Source: Minisyncoccota bacterium (GTDB lineage: Bacteria > Patescibacteriota > Minisyncoccia > Phycocordibacterales > CALRHW01). From it: a stretch of 64,000 bases of DNA. The stretch covers positions 389,164-453,163 of the forward strand of contig JAXLZT010000001.1 in NCBI GenBank assembly GCA_046350795.1, in the 5' to 3' direction. The notes beneath the pieces were generated by a model that made no database searches, was not told where the DNA came from, and saw only the letters and a list, made by a program, of their open reading frames with translations. Below, in pieces: positions 35,422-46,550 of this stretch. The position numbers and the translations under genes are program-made. Numbering within the stretch: the first letter of the stretch is position 1; each line of letters starts with the position of its first letter.

Positions 35422-38400
35422 ATGTCACCACACATGCATACTGATTCGAAAGCGACACGAGAGAAAAAGTATTTCAGCAGATTTAAGAAGCCACTTGCAC
35501 CAATGCCAAATTTGGTGGAGTCTCAGATGACTTCTTTTAATTGGCTGATTGAAAAGGGTCTAAAAGAAATTTTTGATGAGTTTTCTTCAATAAAAGATTA
35601 TTCTGAGAAAAAATTTCAGTTAGATTTTACTGGTTTTGAGCTAAGTGCTCCAAAATACGATGAGTTTTATGCAAAGGACAATAAAATGTCTTATGAAGCT
35701 CCTCTTAAAGTAAAAGTACGTCTAACAAATAACATTTTAAAGACTGCAAAAGAGCAGGAAATTTTCCTAGCGGATTTTCCACTCATGACAGCTCACGGAA
35801 CCTTCATCATAAGTGGTATTGAGCGTGTTATCGTGCCTCAGCTTGCTCGATCTTTTGGAGTTTTCTTTACTTCTCAAGAAATAAAAGGACGAACTCTCTT
35901 TGGTGCAAAAATCATTCCATCTCGTGGTGCATGGATTGAGATTGAAACTGATGCAGACGGAGTTATTTATGTTCGTGTAGATAAAAAACGAAAATTCCCA
36001 GTAACATCTCTACTTAGAGTGCTTGGTGCTCATACAGACAAAGATATTTTGGCTTTGTGCAAAGACAATGAGTTGGCAAAATCATACCTAGAAAAGTCTC
36101 TTGCAAAAGATCATGCAAAGACTCTAGATGAAGCTTATGTAGAAATTTATAAAAAGCTAAGAGACGGTGATCTAGCTGCTGTAGAAAATGCAAAAGAGTT
36201 TGTTCACTCTATATTTAGTGAAGAAAGATACGATCTATCAAGAGTTGGACGATTTAGATTTAACCAAAGATTTGAAAAAGGTCTTGATGAAAAAAGTCTA
36301 TCAAAAAAGACAATCAATCTAGATGATATGAACACTATCATCTCAAACATTGTGACTCTAAATAATACAGAGGGTGCACATGAGGATGATATTGATCACC
36401 TAGGATCACGACGCGTGAGATATGTTGGTGAGCTTTTCCAGCAAAAAATCAGAATGGGTATGGCGCAGATAAAGCGAAATATCCAAAACAGAATGTCTAC
36501 AGTAGATACTGATGTTACTTTGCCTGTACAATTTATCAGTCCAAAGCCACTACAAGCTCGTATTAAAGAATTCTTTACAACAAATCAGTTGTCACAGTTT
36601 ATGCAACAGACAAATGCACTAGAAGAGCTAGAGCATTTGCGAACACTTTCTGCTCTCGGTCCTGGAGGTCTCAATAGATCTCGCGCAGGATTTGAAGTGC
36701 GTGACGTGCACACATCTCATTACGGTAGACTTTGTCCTATCCATACTCCCGAAGGTCCAAACATCGGTCTTATCTTGAGACTTGGACTTTATGCGCGTAT
36801 CAATGAGTTTGGAATGATCGAGACTCCATACGCAAAAGTAAAAAATGGAAAGGTGACTGATGAAATTGTTTACATGAATGCTTTGGAAGAAGAGCTTTAT
36901 AAAATAGCTCACGCAGCTACAGCTACAGATGAAAACGGAAAGATTTTGGTTGATAACGTAGAAGTGCGTATCAAAGGAAAGCCAGGATTAATTTCAAAAG
37001 ACCAAGTGGACTTTATAGATATTTCTACAAGTCAGGCTTTCTCTGTGGCTACTTCTATGATTCCTTTCTTGAATCACGATGATGCAAACCGCGCACTCAT
37101 GGGATCAAACATGCAAAAACAAGCTACTCCTTGTCTAATACCAGAAGCTCCTTTGGTTGCTACAGGTATAGAAGACAGAGCCGTGCTTGATACAGGAAGA
37201 CTACTTTTAGCAGAAGAGGCTGGTACTGTGACACATTCTGATGCAAAGAAAATCGTCATCAAAAATGAAAAAGGAAAGGAAAAAGAATACAAGCTAGTTA
37301 ATTTTTCTCGAACAAACGGATTTACGGCTTTTCATCAGCGCCCAAGTGTGAATGTTGGAGATAAAGTAAAGAAGGGACAAATGATCGTGGACAGCTCATC
37401 TAGTGATAGAGGGCAAATGGCTTTGGGCCAAAATATTTTGGTTGCTTTCATGTCATGGTCTGGATCAAACTACGAAGACGCTATTATCGTTTCAGAAAGG
37501 CTTGTAAAAGAAAGTAAGTTTTCATCTATTCATATAGAAGAGTTTGTAGTAAACGTACGCGATACAAAACTAGGACCTGAAGTAACTACTTGTGATATTC
37601 CAAACGTTGGTGAATCAAAACTAAAAAATCTTGCAGAAGACGGTATCATTCGAGTCGGAGCAGAGGTGCGATCTGGAGATATTCTTGTCGGAAAGATTAC
37701 TCCAAAGGGCGAAACACAACTTACTCCAGAAGAAAGATTGCTTCGATCACTTTTCGGTGAAAAAGCTCGTGATGTAAAAGATACATCAAAGAGAATGGAA
37801 GGAGGAAAGCGCGGACGTGTTATAAACGTACAAGTATTTTCTCGAGAAAAAGGTGACAAACTAGAGTCAGGAATTATAAAAAGAATTCATATTGAAGTAG
37901 CACAGCTTAGAACAGTGTCTGTTGGAGACAAACTAGCTGGACGTCACGGAAACAAGGGAGTTATTTCTAGAATCCTTCCTGAAGAAGATATGCCATACAT
38001 GGCTGACGGTACTCCTATAGATATCATTTTGACACCACTAGGTGTGCCTTCACGTATGAATCTCGGACAGATACTCGAGCTTCATTTGGGACTTGCTGCT
38101 CATACATTAAACTATCAAGCAATAGTTCCTCCTTTTACTGGTGCGACTGATAAAGAAATAAAAGAAGAATTAAAGAAGGCTGGATTTGCAGAAAATGGAA
38201 AGATGCAACTCTTTGATGGACGCACAGGTGTGCCTTTTGATCAGGAAATTGCTGTCGGATACATGTACATCATGAAGCTTCATCACATGGTAGAGGACAA
38301 GATCCACATGCGTTCTATCGGACCATACTCTCTTATCACACAACAGCCACTTGGAGGAAAAGCTCAAGGTGGAGGACAGAGATTTGGAGAAATGGAAGTG

Positions 38401-38637
38401 TGGGCACTTCTCGGACACGGTTCTGCGCACACTTTGCGTGAAATGCTTACAGTAAAATCAGACGATATCTTGGGAAGATCTGCAGCCTTTGATTCTATCG
38501 TGAAGGGTGAAAAAGTTGGTGAACCAAATACCCCAGCATCTTTCAACGTTCTCTTGAACAATCTACGAGGTATAGGACTTGATATAGATTTGAGACAAAC
38601 AAAAAGGTCGGAGCAAGAAGAGGGAGAAAACGAATAA
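35422..38637 (+). CDS. rpoB: RNA polymerase beta subunit
   Basis: Full-length RpoB with conserved rifampicin-cluster and catalytic motifs. Confidence 0.95.
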   Translation: MSPHMHTDSKATREKKYFSRFKKPLAPMPNLVESQMTSFNWLIEKGLKEIFDEFSSIKDYSEKKFQLDFTGFELSAPKYDEFYAKDNKMSYEAPLKVKVRLTNNILKTAKEQEIFLADFPLMTAHGTFIISGIERVIVPQLARSFGVFFTSQEIKGRTLFGAKIIPSRGAWIEIETDADGVIYVRVDKKRKFPVTSLLRVLGAHTDKDILALCKDNELAKSYLEKSLAKDHAKTLDEAYVEIYKKLRDGDLAAVENAKEFVHSIFSEERYDLSRVGRFRFNQRFEKGLDEKSLSKKTINLDDMNTIISNIVTLNNTEGAHEDDIDHLGSRRVRYVGELFQQKIRMGMAQIKRNIQNRMSTVDTDVTLPVQFISPKPLQARIKEFFTTNQLSQFMQQTNALEELEHLRTLSALGPGGLNRSRAGFEVRDVHTSHYGRLCPIHTPEGPNIGLILRLGLYARINEFGMIETPYAKVKNGKVTDEIVYMNALEEELYKIAHAATATDENGKILVDNVEVRIKGKPGLISKDQVDFIDISTSQAFSVATSMIPFLNHDDANRALMGSNMQKQATPCLIPEAPLVATGIEDRAVLDTGRLLLAEEAGTVTHSDAKKIVIKNEKGKEKEYKLVNFSRTNGFTAFHQRPSVNVGDKVKKGQMIVDSSSSDRGQMALGQNILVAFMSWSGSNYEDAIIVSERLVKESKFSSIHIEEFVVNVRDTKLGPEVTTCDIPNVGESKLKNLAEDGIIRVGAEVRSGDILVGKITPKGETQLTPEERLLRSLFGEKARDVKDTSKRMEGGKRGRVINVQVFSREKGDKLESGIIKRIHIEVAQLRTVSVGDKLAGRHGNKGVISRILPEEDMPYMADGTPIDIILTPLGVPSRMNLGQILELHLGLAAHTLNYQAIVPPFTGATDKEIKEELKKAGFAENGKMQLFDGRTGVPFDQEIAVGYMYIMKLHHMVEDKIHMRSIGPYSLITQQPLGGKAQGGGQRFGEMEVWALLGHGSAHTLREMLTVKSDDILGRSAAFDSIVKGEKVGEPNTPASFNVLLNNLRGIGLDIDLRQTKRSEQEEGENE

Positions 38638-38663
38638 CTTAATCAATCAAAATCAAAAAAAAT

Positions 38664-41600
38664 ATGAATACAAAATATACAACAAAATCAAAAGGACAAG
38701 GAACACAAGGTGATTTTGACATGATTACACTAAAGCTTGCTTCGCCTGAAAAAATTAAAGAATGGTCTTTTGGTGAAGTTACAAAGCCAGAAACTATAAA
38801 TTATCGAACACAAAGAAGTGAGAGAAACGGTCTTTTCGATGAAAAGATTTTCGGTCCAGATAAAGATTATGAATGTTACTGTGGAAAGTATCGAGGTATC
38901 AGATATAAGGGTGTAGTCTGTGAAAAGTGTGGAGTCGAAATCACACGATCTATCGTGCGACGAGAAAGAATGGGTCACATAGAATTGGCTACTCCAGTCT
39001 CTCACATTTGGTTTTTGAGAAGTATGCCTTCTCGAATCAGTATGCTTTTGGGTATTCCTACTTCTGATTTGGAGAAAGTAATTTACTTTGCTGGATACAT
39101 TGTTACAAGTGTTTCAGAGCCAGAAAGATTGAGAATTCTAAAAGATCTGGATTCAGAATTTAAGGCAAAAATAAAGTCTGTAAATGATGAAAAGACAAAA
39201 GAGGCGATAAAAGAGATGCTCGTAAACGCAAAGAGAGACATCGAAGGTATTCAAGCTGGACGTGTTCTTGATGAAGTCGAGTATCACAATTTCTCAGTAA
39301 AATACGGAACTCTTTTTGAGGCTGGAATAGGCGCAGAAGCTATTTACAAAATTTTCAAAGATTTAAATCTTGAGAATCTAGAGAAAACTCTCGTAGCTGA
39401 TTTGGAAAAAGCTGGAGCAATAGAAGTAGACAAAATAAATAAGAGACTTTCTCTTATTCGTTCAATGATTAAGACTGGCGTACGACCAGAGTGGATGTTT
39501 TTGACACGTATTCCTGTGATTCCACCAGCTCTTCGACCAATGGTTCCGCTTGATGGGGGACGATACGCTACTTCAGATGTAAACGATTTGTACCGACGTG
39601 TTATAAACAGAAACAATCGTCTAAAAAAGCTAAAAGAAATTTTTGCGCCAGAAGTTATCTTAAGAAACGAAAAAAGAATTTTACAAGAAGCGGTAGACTC
39701 ACTCATCGACAATTCTATTCGTCATGGAAATTCTCCTTCTTCTGCTGTAAATCAATCTCAACGTCGCCCACTAAAATCTCTTTCTGACAACTTAAAAGGT
39801 AAAAGAGGTTTGTTCCGTGCAAATCTTCTTGGAAAACGTGTTGATTATTCAGGACGTTCTGTGATCGTTGTGGGTCCTGAACTTAAGCTCAATCAGTGTG
39901 GACTACCAAAACATATGGCTCTTGAGTTGTTTAAGCCGTTTGTGATTTCTCAACTTATTAAGCGCGAACTTGCATACAATATCCGTGGAGCAAGCCGACT
40001 TATCGAAGACGGTATACCTGAAGTATGGGCTATCCTAGAAGAAGTAATCAAAGATAAATACGTGCTTCTAAATCGTGCTCCTACTTTGCATCGTCTTGGT
40101 ATACAAGCTTTCAAGCCTATCCTTATCGAAGGAAATGCTATTCAGGTTCATCCTCTAGTATGTACAGCTTTCAACGCTGATTTCGACGGAGACCAAATGG
40201 CTGTTCACGTTCCTCTATCCAAAGAAGCTCAAGCGGAAGCAAGAGAAATAATGGCTTCTGACAAAAATATTTTGAAGCCAGGAAGTGGAGATCCTATTAT
40301 TTCAGGAAAGATGCTTGATATCGTACTTGGTTGTTATTGGATGACTAAGGTTGTAGATGGTAAAAAGGGTGAAGGAAAATATTTTGAAGATCCAGCAAGC
40401 GCTATCAGAGCTTTTGATTATGGAGAAGTAGATTTCCGAGCAAAAATAAAGGTTCTTCCTACCGAAGAAGTAAAATACAAAGTTTTTGAAGGAAAAGTTT
40501 TTGAAACTTCTGTTGGACGTTTGCTTTTCAACAGTGTTTTGCCAAGCGATTATCACTACATGAACGGTGAAATAAATCGAAAGAAAATGTCTGAGATAGT
40601 GGACGATTTGATTGAGAAATACGGAATCGAAAATGTTCCTTCTATCATGGACAACATTAAAGCTTTCGGATTTAAGTATGCTACTTATTCTGGAGTAACT
40701 TGGGGTATTGATGATGTCCTTGTTCCATCAGCAAAAGATAACGTAATAAAAGTTGCGAAAGAAAAGTCTGATCAAATAATGGATCAATATAACTCAGGAT
40801 TTATTTCAGAAGAAGAAAGACTTAGAAAAAATATTGAAATTTGGCACGGCGCAAAGAATGAAGTTGAAAAACTTATTCCAGAGGCTTTGCAAAAGCACGG
40901 CTCTGTATATGACATGGTAAATTCAGGAGCCCGAGGTTCTATCGGAAACATTACTCAGATGGTGGGTATGAAAGGTCTTATCCAAAATACTGCTGGAGAG
41001 ACTATCGAATTCCCAATTCTTTCATGTTCAAAAGAAGGTCTTTCACCTCTTGAATATTTCATTACGACTCACGGTTCTAGAAAAGGTCTTACTGATACAG
41101 CTCTTAACACAGCGAAAGCGGGATACCTTACACGCCGACTCTTTGATGTGGCTCAAGACGCTATTATTACAGAAGAAGATTGTGGAACAAAAGAAGGAAT
41201 CAAACTTAGAAAAGAAAATGCTTCTGGAATCGAAATTCCTCTTTCACGAAATTGTAAAGGACGTTTCCTTGCTGAAGATGTTGTAAACTCAAAAGGTGAA
41301 GTTTTGTTTAAGAAAGGTGATTTCTTAACAAAAGAAAATGCTTTGATTATAGACAAAGAAGGTATACAGGAAGTTGTTGTAAGATCTCCTTTGGTTTGTA
41401 AAACTCACACTGGTGTATGCGTGAAGTGTTATGGTGCTGATCTAGGAAAGCACAAGATTATTGATCTTGGTGAAGCTGTAGGTACTGTTGCTGCTCAAGC
41501 TATCGGTGAGCCTGGAACACAGCTTACAATGCGTACATTCCATGCCGGAGGTACAGCGTCTGTCGGTGGAGACATTACTCAGGGTCTACCTCGTGTTGAA

Positions 41601-42332
41601 GAAGTGTTTGAAAAACGAAAGCCAAAAAATCCAGCTGTCGTAAGTCATGTAGAAGGAGTCATTACTGCTGTAGAAAATTCTGGCGCGGACAAAAAGATTG
41701 TTGTTCTTCCAGAAATCTCAGATAAATCAAAGATAAAGACAAAGGGTGAAGTAGAATATCCAGTAAGTCCACAGCGTATGATATTGGTAAAAGTGGGAGA
41801 TAAGGTACAAAAGGGTGATCTTCTTACTGATGGTTCTGCTGATATTGATGAGTTGTTTAAGTATGCTGGAAAAGAAAAAGCAGAAAACTACATCATTCGA
41901 GAAATTAGCAAGCTATACGAGCTACAAGGAGAAGCTGTGTCTCGAAAGCATATTGAAGTCATCGTGCGACAAATGTTTGCTCGTCGAAAGATAAAAGATA
42001 AGGGAGATACAGGTCTATCAGTTGGAGATGTGGTAGAAATGTCAGAACTTTCAGCTGAAAATAGAAAAGCACGTGAAGCTGGAAAAGAAGAAGCAAAATC
42101 AGAACCAGTAGTAATGGGTATCACAGAAGTATCTCTTTCAAGAAAGAGTTTCCTTTCAGCTGCGTCATTCCAGCATACGACTCGAGTGCTTATCAATGGT
42201 TCAATCAGAGGAAACACAGACAAGCTTATAGGACTCAAGGAGAATGTCATTATTGGAAGATTGATTCCTGCAGGTACTGGCTTTGAAGGAAGTCCAAAGA
42301 ATCAGTTGATAAAAGAAATAAAGCAGGATTAA
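38664..42332 (+). CDS. rpoC: RNA polymerase beta' subunit
   Basis: Zn finger CX2CX12CX2C and NADFDGD catalytic loop. Confidence 0.95.
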   Translation: MNTKYTTKSKGQGTQGDFDMITLKLASPEKIKEWSFGEVTKPETINYRTQRSERNGLFDEKIFGPDKDYECYCGKYRGIRYKGVVCEKCGVEITRSIVRRERMGHIELATPVSHIWFLRSMPSRISMLLGIPTSDLEKVIYFAGYIVTSVSEPERLRILKDLDSEFKAKIKSVNDEKTKEAIKEMLVNAKRDIEGIQAGRVLDEVEYHNFSVKYGTLFEAGIGAEAIYKIFKDLNLENLEKTLVADLEKAGAIEVDKINKRLSLIRSMIKTGVRPEWMFLTRIPVIPPALRPMVPLDGGRYATSDVNDLYRRVINRNNRLKKLKEIFAPEVILRNEKRILQEAVDSLIDNSIRHGNSPSSAVNQSQRRPLKSLSDNLKGKRGLFRANLLGKRVDYSGRSVIVVGPELKLNQCGLPKHMALELFKPFVISQLIKRELAYNIRGASRLIEDGIPEVWAILEEVIKDKYVLLNRAPTLHRLGIQAFKPILIEGNAIQVHPLVCTAFNADFDGDQMAVHVPLSKEAQAEAREIMASDKNILKPGSGDPIISGKMLDIVLGCYWMTKVVDGKKGEGKYFEDPASAIRAFDYGEVDFRAKIKVLPTEEVKYKVFEGKVFETSVGRLLFNSVLPSDYHYMNGEINRKKMSEIVDDLIEKYGIENVPSIMDNIKAFGFKYATYSGVTWGIDDVLVPSAKDNVIKVAKEKSDQIMDQYNSGFISEEERLRKNIEIWHGAKNEVEKLIPEALQKHGSVYDMVNSGARGSIGNITQMVGMKGLIQNTAGETIEFPILSCSKEGLSPLEYFITTHGSRKGLTDTALNTAKAGYLTRRLFDVAQDAIITEEDCGTKEGIKLRKENASGIEIPLSRNCKGRFLAEDVVNSKGEVLFKKGDFLTKENALIIDKEGIQEVVVRSPLVCKTHTGVCVKCYGADLGKHKIIDLGEAVGTVAAQAIGEPGTQLTMRTFHAGGTASVGGDITQGLPRVEEVFEKRKPKNPAVVSHVEGVITAVENSGADKKIVVLPEISDKSKIKTKGEVEYPVSPQRMILVKVGDKVQKGDLLTDGSADIDELFKYAGKEKAENYIIREISKLYELQGEAVSRKHIEVIVRQMFARRKIKDKGDTGLSVGDVVEMSELSAENRKAREAGKEEAKSEPVVMGITEVSLSRKSFLSAASFQHTTRVLINGSIRGNTDKLIGLKENVIIGRLIPAGTGFEGSPKNQLIKEIKQD

Positions 42333-42373
42333 TTTTAAGGTTTGGATGGGTTTAGTGCGTTCACTAAAATAAA

Positions 42374-44110
42374 ATGTCATCCTCAGTAGACCTTATAAAA
42401 GAAAAGCTCGATATTGCCGACATTGTTGGATCGTATATTAAGCTTGAAAAAGCTGGCTCAAATTTTAAAGGGAAATGTCCTTTTCACAACGAAAAGACTC
42501 CTTCCTTTTTCATCTCGCCTGATAGGGGTACTTACTATTGTTTTGGTTGTGGAGCAAAAGGAGATATTTTTACTTTTGTGCAAGAGTTTGAAGGACTCGA
42601 TTTTCGGGGCGCTCTAAAAAATCTAGCACTACGCGCTGGCATAGAGCTAGAACAAGAAAATCCTACGGTGCGTAGCGAAAAAGATAGGCTGTACTCCGCT
42701 CTCGAGCAAGCCTCATTCTTTTTCCAAAAAAATCTGGCTGATAATACGGAAGCAAAAAAATATTTGCTCGGTCGCGGTCTATCAGAAGAGACAATAAAAG
42801 AATGGAGTATAGGATACGCACCACTTGCTTGGCAGGAGTTACATGATTTTTTGGTTGCTAAAGGTTTTACAAAAAGTGAACTTGAAAAAGTGGGTCTCAT
42901 TAAAAAAAGTGAAAAACGAGCGGGTGAGTATTATGATGTGTTTCGTGGTCGTATAGTTTTTCCTATTTTTGATGTGGGTGGTAGAGTCATTGCTTTTTCC
43001 GGCAGAATACTGGTTGATGACGGCAAATCTCCAAAATACCTAAACACACCAGAAACGATTCTCTTTAACAAATCAGAGACTCTGTATGGCCTGCACAAAG
43101 CAAAAGTAGACATTCGTCGCAAGGACTATTCTATACTTGTTGAGGGACAAATGGATCTCGTGATGTCGCATCAAGCTGGCTTTGGCAATACTATAGCCTC
43201 TTCTGGTACCGCTTTTACTTCTGAGCATTTGGGTAAGCTCAAGCGTCTGTCCAATCGTATCGTGATGGCTTTTGATGCCGATGGTGCTGGTTTTACCGCT
43301 GCCAACAAAAGTGCACAATTAGCGCTTTCTCTTGGTATGGAGGTAAAGGTGGCTCTTTTGCCAAAAGGTAGCGATCCAGCGGAGCTTATAAAAAAAGATA
43401 TTGATGCCTGGAAAGATGTTTTAAAAAACACCATGCATATTATTGATTTTTATATGCAATCTTTACTAAGTCAAAATCTCGATGCGCGAAAATTAACAAA
43501 AGAAATACAAACAAAAGTGTTGCCGTATATTAACATGCTTGAAAGTAGCATGGAGCGAGCACATTTTGTTTCAAAGATTGCTGAACGTGTCGGTATAAAA
43601 GAAGATGCATTGTGGGAGGATTTAAAAAAACTTCCTGTGAATGCAAACGTTGTCTCAAGTATGAATAGTGTTTCGACACCAACACAAGAGACACACCGAC
43701 AGTCCAGTCCGTCTTTTAGGAAAAATTCGATTGAAAAAAAGATTTTAGGAATAAAAATGTGGCAAGAGAGTCTGTCAGAGCCAAAAATAAAATTAGACGA
43801 GCTCATGACTAGACTTGAGGCCACAGTGGGCAAGGATACAGTCGCTTCATTGCTTTCAGAGCTTGAGCCAAATAAAAACGAGCTAATCTTTGAGGTAGAG
43901 GCGTATTATGATAATAGAGACGGCATTGAAGATGAGATTAGTGAACTTTTTAACAATCTCGAAGAAGAACGTCTTAAAGAAGAATTTGTGCGGACGATGT
44001 CGGAGCTAGGCAAAGCAGAGAGAGAAAAAGATTTGAGCAAAGTAGAAACACTTCTCGCAAAATGTACTGAAATATCAAAAAAGATCGCCCTGCTTCCAAA
44101 GAAAAAATAA
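42374..44110 (+). CDS. dnaG: DNA primase
   Basis: Zn-ribbon CPFHNEKTPSF...CFGCG and TOPRIM domain. Confidence 0.9.
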   Translation: MSSSVDLIKEKLDIADIVGSYIKLEKAGSNFKGKCPFHNEKTPSFFISPDRGTYYCFGCGAKGDIFTFVQEFEGLDFRGALKNLALRAGIELEQENPTVRSEKDRLYSALEQASFFFQKNLADNTEAKKYLLGRGLSEETIKEWSIGYAPLAWQELHDFLVAKGFTKSELEKVGLIKKSEKRAGEYYDVFRGRIVFPIFDVGGRVIAFSGRILVDDGKSPKYLNTPETILFNKSETLYGLHKAKVDIRRKDYSILVEGQMDLVMSHQAGFGNTIASSGTAFTSEHLGKLKRLSNRIVMAFDADGAGFTAANKSAQLALSLGMEVKVALLPKGSDPAELIKKDIDAWKDVLKNTMHIIDFYMQSLLSQNLDARKLTKEIQTKVLPYINMLESSMERAHFVSKIAERVGIKEDALWEDLKKLPVNANVVSSMNSVSTPTQETHRQSSPSFRKNSIEKKILGIKMWQESLSEPKIKLDELMTRLEATVGKDTVASLLSELEPNKNELIFEVEAYYDNRDGIEDEISELFNNLEEERLKEEFVRTMSELGKAEREKDLSKVETLLAKCTEISKKIALLPKKK

Positions 44111-44148
44111 TTTTAATACAAAAATAAAAAAAATAATCGCGAAAACAT

Positions 44149-45393
44149 ATGAAAAAAAATAAAAAAACAATTTCAAAAAAGAAGTCTAAAAAAATTACAA
44201 AAAAATCTGTAAAGAAAGCAAAGCCAGTTAAAGCAAAAAAGGCTAAAAAAGAAAAAGCTGTAAAGAAATCTACAAAAAAAGTCGAATCAAAAGTATCTAC
44301 ATCCAAGAAAAATCAGAAACTAGAAAATGGTGTGAAAACACTTATTTCAAAGGGAAAGGAGCGTGGATTTATTACCTACGACGAAATCCTAAAAGAATTC
44401 CCAACTATCGAGGACGATATACTTTTCCTCGAGGATCTATACCAGCAACTCATGGTGGCTGGCATCGACATACTAGAAGGAGGAGGATTGCTTGATTCGA
44501 AAGATCCAGCAGATGATCCAGCTATAAAAAAATATACATACAACAAGGGCGAGGGCTCACCATATGATTCTATTCAAATGTATTTGAAAGAAATCGGCCA
44601 GTATCCACTCATTTCTGGGGGTCAGGAAAAAGATTTGGCAAAGCGCATTGAAAAAGGGGATCAAGAAGCAAAAAATTTGCTCGCTCGTTCCAATCTCCGC
44701 CTCGTGGTGTCTATTGCAAAAAAATATGTAGGACGAAGTCCGGATCTCACACTTCTTGATTTGATTCAGGAGGGCAATCTCGGTCTCTTTAAAGCTGTAG
44801 ATAAATTTGATTGGACAAAGGGATATAAGTTTTCTACATATGCTACATGGTGGATCAGACAGGCCATCACTCGTGCTCTAGCAGACCAATCTCGTACTAT
44901 TCGTGTACCGGTGCACATGGTGGAAACTATTGCAAAATACAAGCAGGTGGTGCGCCGACTTTCTCAAGATCTTGGCCGTGATCCTTTACCAGAAGAAGTG
45001 GCAATGGAAATGAATCTAGATGTAGATAAAGTTTATAATATTGAAAAAATAGATCAGAGCACCGTGTCTCTTGAAAGTCCGGTGGGGGATGATGGTGACG
45101 ATGGCAAATCAACTCTGGGTGACTTTATCGCTGACGACAAAATCCTTTCTCCAGATCAGGATTCTTCACGACGTATTATTTCAGATCAAGTAAAAGAAAT
45201 TCTAAACGACCTTCCACCAAAAGAGCGAAAAATTCTAGAAATGCGTCACGGGCTCGTGGACGGCATTACTCATACACTTGAGGAAGTAGGTAAAGAGTTT
45301 GGTGTGACTCGTGAGCGTATTCGACAGATTGAAGCAAAGGCGCATGAAAAAATCCGTCAGCATGAAAATATCAATCGATTGAGGAATTATTAA
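44149..45393 (+). CDS. rpoD: primary sigma factor with Lys-rich N-terminal extension
   Basis: Regions 1.2-4 ([27 protein letters not shown], region 4 HTH). Follows dnaG as usual. Confidence 0.9.
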   Translation: MKKNKKTISKKKSKKITKKSVKKAKPVKAKKAKKEKAVKKSTKKVESKVSTSKKNQKLENGVKTLISKGKERGFITYDEILKEFPTIEDDILFLEDLYQQLMVAGIDILEGGGLLDSKDPADDPAIKKYTYNKGEGSPYDSIQMYLKEIGQYPLISGGQEKDLAKRIEKGDQEAKNLLARSNLRLVVSIAKKYVGRSPDLTLLDLIQEGNLGLFKAVDKFDWTKGYKFSTYATWWIRQAITRALADQSRTIRVPVHMVETIAKYKQVVRRLSQDLGRDPLPEEVAMEMNLDVDKVYNIEKIDQSTVSLESPVGDDGDDGKSTLGDFIADDKILSPDQDSSRRIISDQVKEILNDLPPKERKILEMRHGLVDGITHTLEEVGKEFGVTRERIRQIEAKAHEKIRQHENINRLRNY

Positions 45394-45398
45394 CTAGC

Positions 45399-45498
45399 AA
45401 CAAAAAAAGCTTTCTCAGGGTACGGACTTTTTGAAGCTTAAAAAGTCCTGAAACGCTCGGCTCGACAGCCTCGCGACCCCCTTCGAAAGCTTTTTTGT
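45399..45498 (+). terminator. nested inverted repeats downstream of rpoD
   Basis: Outer AACAAAAAAAGCTTTC / GAAAGCTTTTTTGTT and inner GGACTTTTT-GAAGCTT-AAAAAGTCC hairpin. Confidence 0.4.
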
Positions 45499-45540
45499 TG
45501 CTTACACGAGTCTTTTCTCAATATGGTTTTTGCTTTGATA

Positions 45541-45601
45541 TTTTCAAAAGAAAACGCCGCACCGAGAGTGTGCCCGACGGGCGTCCTCTCTAGTGCGGCG
45601 T
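45541..45601 (-). terminator. hairpin ACGCCGCAC...GTGCGGCGT followed (minus strand) by TTTTCTTTTG
   Basis: 9-bp GC stem with a 30-nt loop. Confidence 0.45.
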
Positions 45602-45633
45602 GTATGCCGACATGGTTTTTGTGCCAGCTTCCC

Positions 45634-46194
45634 TTATCTGAGAACCAGCACTGTCATCGTGGTGTTCAGGACGAAGCATCCGCATGGGATGAGACGCTCC
45701 TCGATTGTCCACTTCTTTGCTCCATAGCAGGAAAGGACGCAAGAGAAAGCGACACCAGCCCATAGCCACCAACTCTCTGAGTTCGGTTTCAGCCACGCAT
45801 CATACATGGCTGGAAACGCAGCGATCGTCATGGCGGTCATGCAAGCGACGATTGCCAACTTGGGGCCAGATCTCCACCAGCAGATCACCGCGACTGCCAT
45901 CCCGATGGCAGAGATCATTTCCACCAGACCCCAATGCCACGTTCCTTTCCCGAGAAGGATGATCGTGACGAGGAGAGCTCCGAGTGTGAACCCAGCAGGA
46001 AGCCAGGGTCGCTTGTTGCCGGCTGCAACGCAGCCAACAAGGATCAGGGCATCAAGCACTGTCCACATGATCCAGCTCGCTGTATTCTGGGGTAAGTCGT
46101 GTACCATCAGATAGACAGCGAAGGCGACGATCACGATCGTCGAGATCAATCCTCCAATCAGACCGATTCTCTTTTTCAAGAGTTCGTTTTGCAT
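45634..46194 (-). CDS. GC-rich 6-TM membrane protein (186 aa), paralog of 18998..19645
   Basis: Shares the ASWI, GAL(L/I)V and SESWWLW motifs with the 215-aa island protein. SD GAAAGG. Inverted repeat GGCCGCAT...ATGCGGCC upstream at 46244-46286. Confidence 0.5.
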   Translation of the reverse strand: MQNELLKKRIGLIGGLISTIVIVAFAVYLMVHDLPQNTASWIMWTVLDALILVGCVAAGNKRPWLPAGFTLGALLVTIILLGKGTWHWGLVEMISAIGMAVAVICWWRSGPKLAIVACMTAMTIAAFPAMYDAWLKPNSESWWLWAGVAFSCVLSCYGAKKWTIEERLIPCGCFVLNTTMTVLVLR

Positions 46195-46550
46195 CGTTAG
46201 CCTTTCGGTTTGTTGTGATTCTTAGACTGCTGCCCACGATATTGGCCGCATTTTTCAAGACCCGGAAGATCCTAAAAGATGCGGCCAACGAAAACCATAT
46301 CAAGGAACTATTACGCGAAATAATAGCATACAAAAATAAAAAAGTCAATAAAAAAGAAGGCCACCCCCAAAAGGGTGGCGCTGAGGGTTGTTATTGACTT
46401 GTCGAATGGTGTTTCGCCCGGCGAGTCAATGCTGAGAGACATGCTGTACGCGAACTCGCTCTGTCAGAGAGGTTGGTGAAGTTGACTTTTTTCTACAATG
46501 TCTTAGTCTGTTTGAGGACATCACCACATACAAAAGAAAGGAGGTGATAA

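Noticed and set aside
46215-46397. 60-aa Lys-rich ORF between the island G gene and the sigma gene
   Set aside because: GTG start, no SD, contains the GCCACCC...GGGTGGC hairpin, and lies in what looks like a regulatory spacer.
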